Shown here one piece after another: positions 56,768 through 64,000 of a stretch of DNA of 64,000 bases. A program made the position numbers and the translations under genes. Below the pieces are notes generated by a model, which worked only from the letters and a program-made list of their open reading frames with translations, searched no databases and was not told where the DNA came from. Source of the DNA: Chrysomallon squamiferum (lineage: Eukaryota > Animalia > Mollusca); assembly GCA_012295275.1 (NCBI GenBank), contig CM022665.1, forward strand, positions 46,252,001 through 46,316,000, read 5' to 3'. How positions within the stretch are numbered: the stretch's first letter is position 1; every line of letters starts with the position of its first letter.

Positions 56768-57492
56768 ATATCAATATATGTTATTGGTATTCTTCTTCTT
56801 ATTTATTCTTGGTTGCTTGTCAAGTAAAATCTTCAATCTAAAAAGAAGAATCTGACAAAATCCACTAATATTATTACATCAAGTTATTTAAAATAAGTTG
56901 TGTTTAAATACTAAAAAGCCCAACAACCATACACATTAAATAAAAATCTTATTTTCAACAAAACAATAAAAACATATTAAATTTATATTAATGTAATTAA
57001 TGCAAACCATAGAGACCACTGCATTTGTAAGTAAAATAGTAACTAATAAAAACTGTTCCTTTTACTGGTCACCAGGAAACAAAATGGCTGAAAAGAAGAT
57101 GTGTTACAATATATGATACTTTACCTGTTTAAAACCAAATAAACCATCATACAAATGAGATAATGTTTTAAAAATGATTGTTTTTTTTTAGATGATATGA
57201 AACTACAAAGGAAATTTCTATAACAACATGTCCATATCATACACAGCCATGTGTATGTGTGTGTGTGTGTGTGTCTGTGTGTCTGTCTATGTATATACAC
57301 TTATATACACACATACACACTCCTACCCATTAAATTCTGTCAGATACTTTTCATTATTATTATTATTACTGTTATTATTATTATCATCATTATCATCATC
57401 ATCATTATATCATTATCATCATTATCATTATTTTCATTAATCATTAATTATTCTTATTATTATTATTATTATTCTTATTCTTATTCTTATTC

Positions 57493-57535
<43 letters not shown>

Positions 57536-58037
57536 TATTATTATTTATTTATTTTGTGAAAATTTATTTTGCTTTCCAATAATTCAGAGGTTCCAAATTT
57601 ATTGACATTTGTACACAGTTCCCATTCAGAAATATTGGATATAAATTATTCTTATATATATATACTAATAGTTTTTATAAATAATATTTTTTTAAATCTA
57701 AAGTTATGAAATATACACCAGAGTTGTTTTTTTACTTCTTTTACTCAAAGTTATGAAATTTCAGCTATAATCTTTTTCCAAAAAGAGTAAATATCTAAAA
57801 TATCTGATTTCCACTCAAACAGAAAACTGCTGTTCTTTGTATTCAAATGTGTGACAGAACCTGCTGGGTTTCTGGAACATTTTAACAAGTCTTTGTAACA
57901 TTATTACATTCACACCTGAAAGTCCATTACAAAGTCTTCTTATAATTCAAGGTAATAACCACCTGTAATTAAGGTAACAATATAAATATTTTATAAAAAA
58001 AATAAAAATAAAAATAATAAAATAAAAATGTACTTAC

Positions 58038-58082
58038 CTTTTGAAGAGGTAATTGAAGGCCTAGAGGTAGCATAGCCATTTG
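58038..58082 (-). CDS. sol-1: 45-nt symmetric (phase 1-1) linker exon, (A)NGYATSRPSITSSK
   Basis: ttcttctgttttttttcag| acceptor and AAG|gtaagt donor. Open in phase 1; Ser/Thr/Pro-rich inter-CUB linker. Confidence 0.82.
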
Positions 58083-58242
58083 CTGAAAAAAAAACAGAAG
58101 AAAAAAAGATAAATAAATAAAATAAATAAATAAATGAATGCATAATGAATATGTATAATTTAATCAAAATTATTGTAAAATTTGTATAAAGCTTGATTAT
58201 AGTATTAATAGGTAGAAATATAAAATATTTCTGCAATTTTAT

Positions 58243-58280
<38 letters not shown>

Positions 58281-58864
58281 AGATATTAATTAGATAAGTT
58301 ATTGTTGTGGACAAGCATAAATAACAACAACAACAACAACAATATTAACTAATATCAATTTATTAACAATAATAGTATTAATAACTACTACTACTACTAA
58401 TAAAATAACAAGGTATACAGAGTTATTTTTCTTGATTAGGATAAACTATTAATATATTATCTCCCTTTTTTACAAGCACAATTAAAGGAGTTGTTTCCCT
58501 TCTTGTCTTTTTCTTAGATTACAATTTTGGTGAAATATTTAGTTTTATTACTATTATTATTATTATTTTTTTAAATTTATGAATTATTTTACATTGTTTG
58601 AAATATTGAAATCTTTTCAGCAATTCATTTTATCTATTCAATTAGTTTGATGAACAATTTTTTATATATTTATTTATTTATTTATTTTTTTATAGGAAAT
58701 AGTATACAATAAAATAGCCATAACAATAACTTAGAGAAAATGGCAAATGTGCATTTCATCAGAGAAATGTTTAGCAATAATTAATTTATTGTTAATAAAA
58801 TTAATTTCAAAGTTTGATGAGTTGACATTGACATGGATATATCATGACACTGAGATGCAGACAA

Positions 58865-59300
58865 ACCCTACAGTGGACAGAAACACAGACACAAATAAAA
58901 TGAACAGAAACACAGACAAAAATACAATGAACAGAAATACAGACAAAAATACAATGAACAGAAACACAGACAAAAATACAATGAACAGAAACACAGACAA
59001 AAATACAATGAACAGAAACACAGACACAAATACACTGAACAGAAACACAACACAATGGACAAAAATACAAAAGAAACACAGACACAATGAAACAGACACA
59101 GACAAACACACAATGAACAGAAACACAGACAAAAACAAACAAACAGAGACACAGGGACAAACAAATTAGAGACACAGGGACACAAAAACACACAATGGAC
59201 AGAAACAAATGAAACAGAAACAAATATACAAAGTGGACAGAGATACACACAGGGACACAAACACACAGAGACACAGACAAACATTCAACTGCACAGGGAC
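58865..59300. repeat. 27-bp minisatellite aatgaacagaaacacagacaaaaatac, degenerating towards 59300
   Basis: Gives the spurious NRNTDKNTM ORF. Confidence 0.9.
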
Positions 59301-59581
59301 ACAAACAAACAGACAGAGGGATACAAATTTATAAAACAAACAAACTAATGATTTTATGGACAGAGATACATGTTGTATGACAGACAGATTTAGAATTGGG
59401 GACAAACATTCAATTGCACAGAGATACAAACAGACAGATGTATATAATTTAATAATTAAAACTAAACAAACTAATGACATTTTACAATCGGTTTCGGTTT
59501 GGGGTGGGGGCATATGACAGACAGGTTACAAACAGACAGATGTATATAATTTAATAATTAAAACTAATGATTTTACGATAC

Positions 59582-59821
59582 CTGACATGTTGTACGACAG
59601 CATCGGTTTAGGGTGGGGGCTGTGGGTTGTTGCTGGTGAATTCGTATGAGGCTGAGAAGCCTTTCCTCTCCCCGGACTCGTCCGAGTAGAACTGAATGAA
59701 GAGGTACCTCTGCGACGACATCAGCTCCACCTGGTTGTGCAGGTCGCAGTAGTGGCCGATGACCACCGCACTTTTGTCTCTCCCATCATGCACCTTGATA
59801 GCGTCCTTGCTAAACTGACAG
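59582..59821 (-). CDS. sol-1: SOL-1-like exon: C-half of the CUB domain plus start of linker; contains an in-frame TAA or frame disruption at about 59608-59619
   Basis: cttgttttccag| acceptor, phase 2: (S)CQFSKDAIKVHDGRDKSAVVIGHYCDLHNQVELMSSQRYLFIQFYSDESGERKGFSASYEFTSNNPQPPP*. Donor CAG|gtatcg at 59581. The +1 frame reads PKPMLSYNMS and ends in phase 1, matching the next exon. Confidence 0.88.
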
Positions 59822-60130
59822 CTGGAAAACAAGAGGGTAGACATTTTTTTTGTTTTTGAAATTTAATTATAATAATTTTTTTGATTTTTTGTTGTGAATT
59901 CAGTTTTTCAAAGAAATCTGTTGTTGTTGTTAAACCCATGTGTAATATGTGTCCTGTTTTTGGTTTGTATTTTTTTTTTTTAATGATAAAGGTTATGGTA
60001 TTTGTTGATAATGTGTGAAATTAATTGTCATGTTTCTCAAGTTATTAACTTATTAATAAAATAAATAAATAAATAAATAAATGAGTAAGTAAAATAAATA
60101 AATAATAAAAATATAAATAAATAAAATAAA

Positions 60131-60162
<32 letters not shown>

Positions 60163-60544
60163 TAAATAAATCAATCAAACAAAAAGTAAAATATCATGTT
60201 TGTTTATGACTTATTTTTCAAACATTTATTTATTTTCATTGTAAAAGTTAAATTTTATTTCATTTAATTTTTGTTTTTATACAATGATGTAGGTTTATTT
60301 TGTAAAAAAAAAAAAAAAAAAAAATTTAAAAATTAAAATTCATTTTGATAAAACAAATTACATATAAATAAACTGCTTCTAAACATAATATTTCAAACTG
60401 GAATATAAATGAAAGCAGATTTTTCGATTTTTAAGATTTGAAAATAAATTTAGTTTTTCCAGCAGAGGCTAAATTTGGTACAAAGTCTGCAATAGTAACA
60501 CTGTGTAATACAAACCCGTATCGTTTACCATCCGGGCTGCTCAC

Positions 60545-61375
60545 AAAATAATTAGAAACACAAAAAAATTGGCTTGTTAATAATAGCAGTAAAAAAACAC
60601 ACAAATTATAATACAAGGGGAACAACTCCAATTAAGACATTTTTGTAAAACAAAATGATTTTTTATTTTATAAAAACATAAAATCGGCTTATTAATAATA
60701 GCAGTCAAAAAACACACAAACTATAATACAAGGGGAGCAACTCCAATTAAGACATTTTTGTAAAAAAAAAAAAAAAATTTAAAAACACATACAATCGACT
60801 TTTTAGTAACAATAAAAAAAAAAAATTTTTTTTTAAAAAACACATACAATCAATTTAGACATTTTTGTTTAAAAAAAAAATAGTAACACATAAAATCGGC
60901 TTATTAATAAAAGCAGTCATAAAACAAGAATTATAATACAAAGGAAGTAACTCCAATTTAGACATTTTTGTTTAAAAAAAAATTAGTAACACATAAAATC
61001 GGCTTATTAATAAAAGCAGTCAAAAAAAAAAAATTATAATACAAGGGAAGTAACTCCAATTTAGACATTTTGGTAAAAAAAAAAAAAAAATATTAGAACC
61101 ACATAAAATCGGCTTATTAATAAAAGCAGTCAAAAAAAAAAAAAAGAATTATAATACAAGGGAAGTAAGTCCAATTAAGACATTTTTGTATTAAAAAAAA
61201 TCAATAATAATAAACACAAAAAAATTGGCTTGTTAATAATAGCAGTCAAAAAATACAAATTGTAATACAAGGGAAGTAACTCAAATTAAGATATTTTGGT
61301 ACAAAAAAAATATTAGAAACATAAAAAACATTAATTATAATACAAGGGAAGTAACTCCAATTAAGACTTTTTTTT
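60545..61375. repeat. ~105-bp tandem satellite, about 7 copies
   Basis: cacataaaatcggcttattaataa.agcagtc...tataatacaagggaagtaactccaatt.agacattt recurs. Confidence 0.92.
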
Positions 61376-61995
61376 GTTAAAAAAAAAAATAAAAAAAAAA
61401 AAAGATCACTGAGGCAAATAACTCTGTTTATTTATAACAACATAAAAAAAAACAACTACCAGATATAATCAATCAATAAAGAAAAGCAGACAGTGAAATA
61501 TAATTCCATATGAATTATTGAGATGTGAGATTTTATTCCTGAATTATTTTCACATTAATTATGGATGACTTACTCAGTGCTATCTCAAGCAATGAAAAAT
61601 ATTTTGTTTACGTCTTTTTTTTTTTTTTCCTTCGTTAAATATGGCTGACTGGTTTTCTTTTCAGTCAGAAACTTGGTGTAGAATTATAGCCACAGAGAAT
61701 TTGAGTTGCTAGTTTTTCTTTTTATCCAAAGTCATGAATGAAACATGCCTTAGTCAGCTATAGGATTTCAATGAAATATTAATGAAAGTTGTCACTCTTT
61801 ACTAATCTCTCCAACAAAAGAGGCTTGACTTTTCAGAGAATTAATTTTGTTTTTATGTTTTTTCTTTTCATTTTTTTTTTATAATAATAATTATAATTCT
61901 ACATGAATTAATCAATATATATATGATAATTTTTGTACTGTGTATGGACAAGTAATATCGAAAAAAAAATTGAAATCACTAATAATAATAATAAC

Positions 61996-62035
<40 letters not shown>

Positions 62036-62185
62036 TAATAATAACTGTAGCAGTGGTAGTAGTGGTAGTAGTAATGGTAATAGTAGCAGTAGTAGTACTA
62101 GTAGTAGGAGGAGGAATAATAGTAGTAGCAATAATAATAATAACAACAACAACAATAATAGTAACAATAATATTAGTAATGGTAG

Positions 62186-62216
<31 letters not shown>

Positions 62217-62307
62217 AATAGAAATTATAATAATAATAGTAATAATAACAACAATAATATAGAATAATAATAATAACAATAATTATAATAATAAGTAATA
62301 ATAATAA

Positions 62308-62338
<31 letters not shown>

Positions 62339-62409
62339 AAGAAGAAGACGACATAGAAGAAAAATAAATACAACAACAACAACATCAGTAATAATTTTAA
62401 AAATCTCAC

Positions 62410-62623
62410 CTGCCATCACTAGGGTAGAGTTGAATGTTTCTGAAAACTATTTTAACCTTTTCGTGCGGCCCAGCTATGAAATGATATTGGCAGCTGTAGT
62501 TGGGCTTATAATTCTGGGGGTAAAAGGGAGAGAAAAAGTTCCCAGATTTTTTATTTTTATTGCTATCAAAATAATATGTACACGGTGTTCCTGGAATCTT
62601 GGTTCCATCTATAGTGAACTGGT
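62410..62623 (-). CDS. sol-1: SOL-1-like CUB protein, exon for the N-half of a CUB domain (probably CUB2)
   Basis: ctactttcag| acceptor and AG|gtgaga donor; 214 nt, phase 1 to 2, open frame xQFTIDGTKIPGTPCTYYFDSNKNKKSGNFFSPFYPQNYKPNYSCQYHFIAGPHEKVKIVFRNIQLYPSDG(S). It has the CUB hallmarks C..G.F.SP.YP..Y....C.Y and joins in frame to the next exon. Not in the ORF track. Confidence 0.93.
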
Positions 62624-62744
62624 CTGAAAGTAGACAAAGTGAAATGTTGATAAAAAAAAAAAAAAATAAATAAATTTGATTGGGAATTTCATGGGTTCAA
62701 AGTCTGAAAATAAATGTAAAATAAATGAATTAAGTAATTAAGTA

Positions 62745-62927
62745 ATTAAATAAATAAATAAATAATAAAATTAAATAGTAATTAAGTAAATAAATAAATT
62801 AATATACAAATAAATAAATAAATAATAAAACCAAATAGTAATTAAGTAAATAAATAAATTAATATACAAATAAATAAATAAATAATAAAATCAAATAGTA
62901 ATTAAGTAAATAAATAAATTAATATAC

Positions 62928-62950
<23 letters not shown>
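62745..62950. repeat. 60-bp AT-rich unit, 3 copies
   Basis: The 60-nt blocks starting at 62761, 62821 and 62881 are almost identical. Confidence 0.92.
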
Positions 62951-62959
<9 letters not shown>

Positions 62960-63415
62960 AAGTTATAAAAAGATTTAAACAAATAAATAAATAAATAATT
63001 AAAATAAAATGGAAATAAAATACAAAAAAATAAATAAATATATAAATAAAATAAATAAGTTATAAAGCAAAAAAAATTATATTAAATAAAAAAAAAAAAA
63101 AAAAAAAAAATAAAAAAAAAAAAAAAAAAAAAAATTAAAAAAAATAAAAAAAACCGAGAAAAAAAAAAACCCACCAAAAAACAAATATAAAATTAAAATA
63201 AAAATCTAGAAAAAACAAAAAAATGAATAAAAAAACAAATGAATAAATAAAATAATGAAATTAAAAAAAATAAAATAACAGCAAATAGCTGCATACATAA
63301 ATAAATACCATTATGCAAATGAACAAATACTTTAACAACAATAAATTTTATATTAAGAATGTTTTATATAGGTTAAATTTATTTCAGCATTATTTGGGAA
63401 CATCATATTTCCTAT

Positions 63416-63455
<40 letters not shown>

Positions 63456-64000
63456 TGTGTTTTCAAGTGTGCATGTTTTTTATATATTTACATGATATAA
63501 TGATGTTACTATACATGTCAGAGTACCTTTAAAAACATGTGTATGTGTATAATTTTATACATGTGTATATACACATGCAGTAATAATTTTTTATTTGTAA
63601 ATTTATTAATTTATAACAAAAACTACTTTCTCTAAACATAAAAACAGTTGACAACTGATTAATCACTCTTGCTATTATTCTCCAGTTTAGATAACAAGAT
63701 GGCTGCCATACAATCATTTAGTTATTAAAATTAAACTTAGTTTTAGAAAACTTTCAACAGTTTATAGATAAAAGCTAAGCTAGTGCAAGAATGTTAAAGC
63801 ACATAATCAATGGACTGCTTTGAAAAATGATAATAGAGGGTTTTGGGTGTAAGTAGAAATAACAGGTCTGAAATTGAAAAATTTAGGAAAGCTATTCAGA
63901 CACACTAGAAAAAAAATATTGAAAAAGTTTAAAACACAGTGAGATAAAATAACTCAGTAATGTTAATTTTATAAACATATTTTTAATAAATATTAATATT

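Larger units (their letters stand above)
6386..58037 (-). other. 51,652-bp phase-1 intron in the inter-CUB linker (may hide small exons)
   Basis: GT at 58037-58036 and AG at 6387-6386; splicing directly gives SSK-E-FHC in frame. Confidence 0.75.

Noticed and set aside
59630-59636. GC donor (CCA|gcaaca) upstream of the TAA that would avoid the stop
   Set aside because: Far from the AG|GCAAGT consensus that GC-AG introns require.
60431-60631. 66-aa minus-strand ORF between the two CUB half-exons
   Set aside because: The flanking exons already join into a complete CUB domain; it overlaps a satellite and lacks splice sites.

Overview
This is AT-rich, microsatellite-dense animal genomic DNA, probably from a mollusc or gastropod, inferred from SINE remnants recognised from memory. 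The whole window lies inside one minus-strand gene encoding a multi-CUB-domain protein most like SOL-1 (suppressor of lurcher 1, an ionotropic glutamate receptor auxiliary subunit). I spliced six coding exons by hand (62410-62623, 59582-59821, 58038-58082, 6190-6385, 3680-3870, 2253-2291). They encode two complete CUB domains (probably CUB2 and CUB3), their linker and the start of the next linker; both gene ends lie outside the window. The main anomaly is an in-frame CCC-TAA right after the first CUB domain: the frame resumes only after a +1 shift (CCT-AAA), so this is an assembly indel, a null allele, or a shifty-stop frameshift site. A 51.6-kb intron holds many minisatellites, decayed SINE pieces, CpG-retaining unique islands, candidate microexons and several hairpins. 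Almost all ORFs in the supplied track are repeat artefacts.
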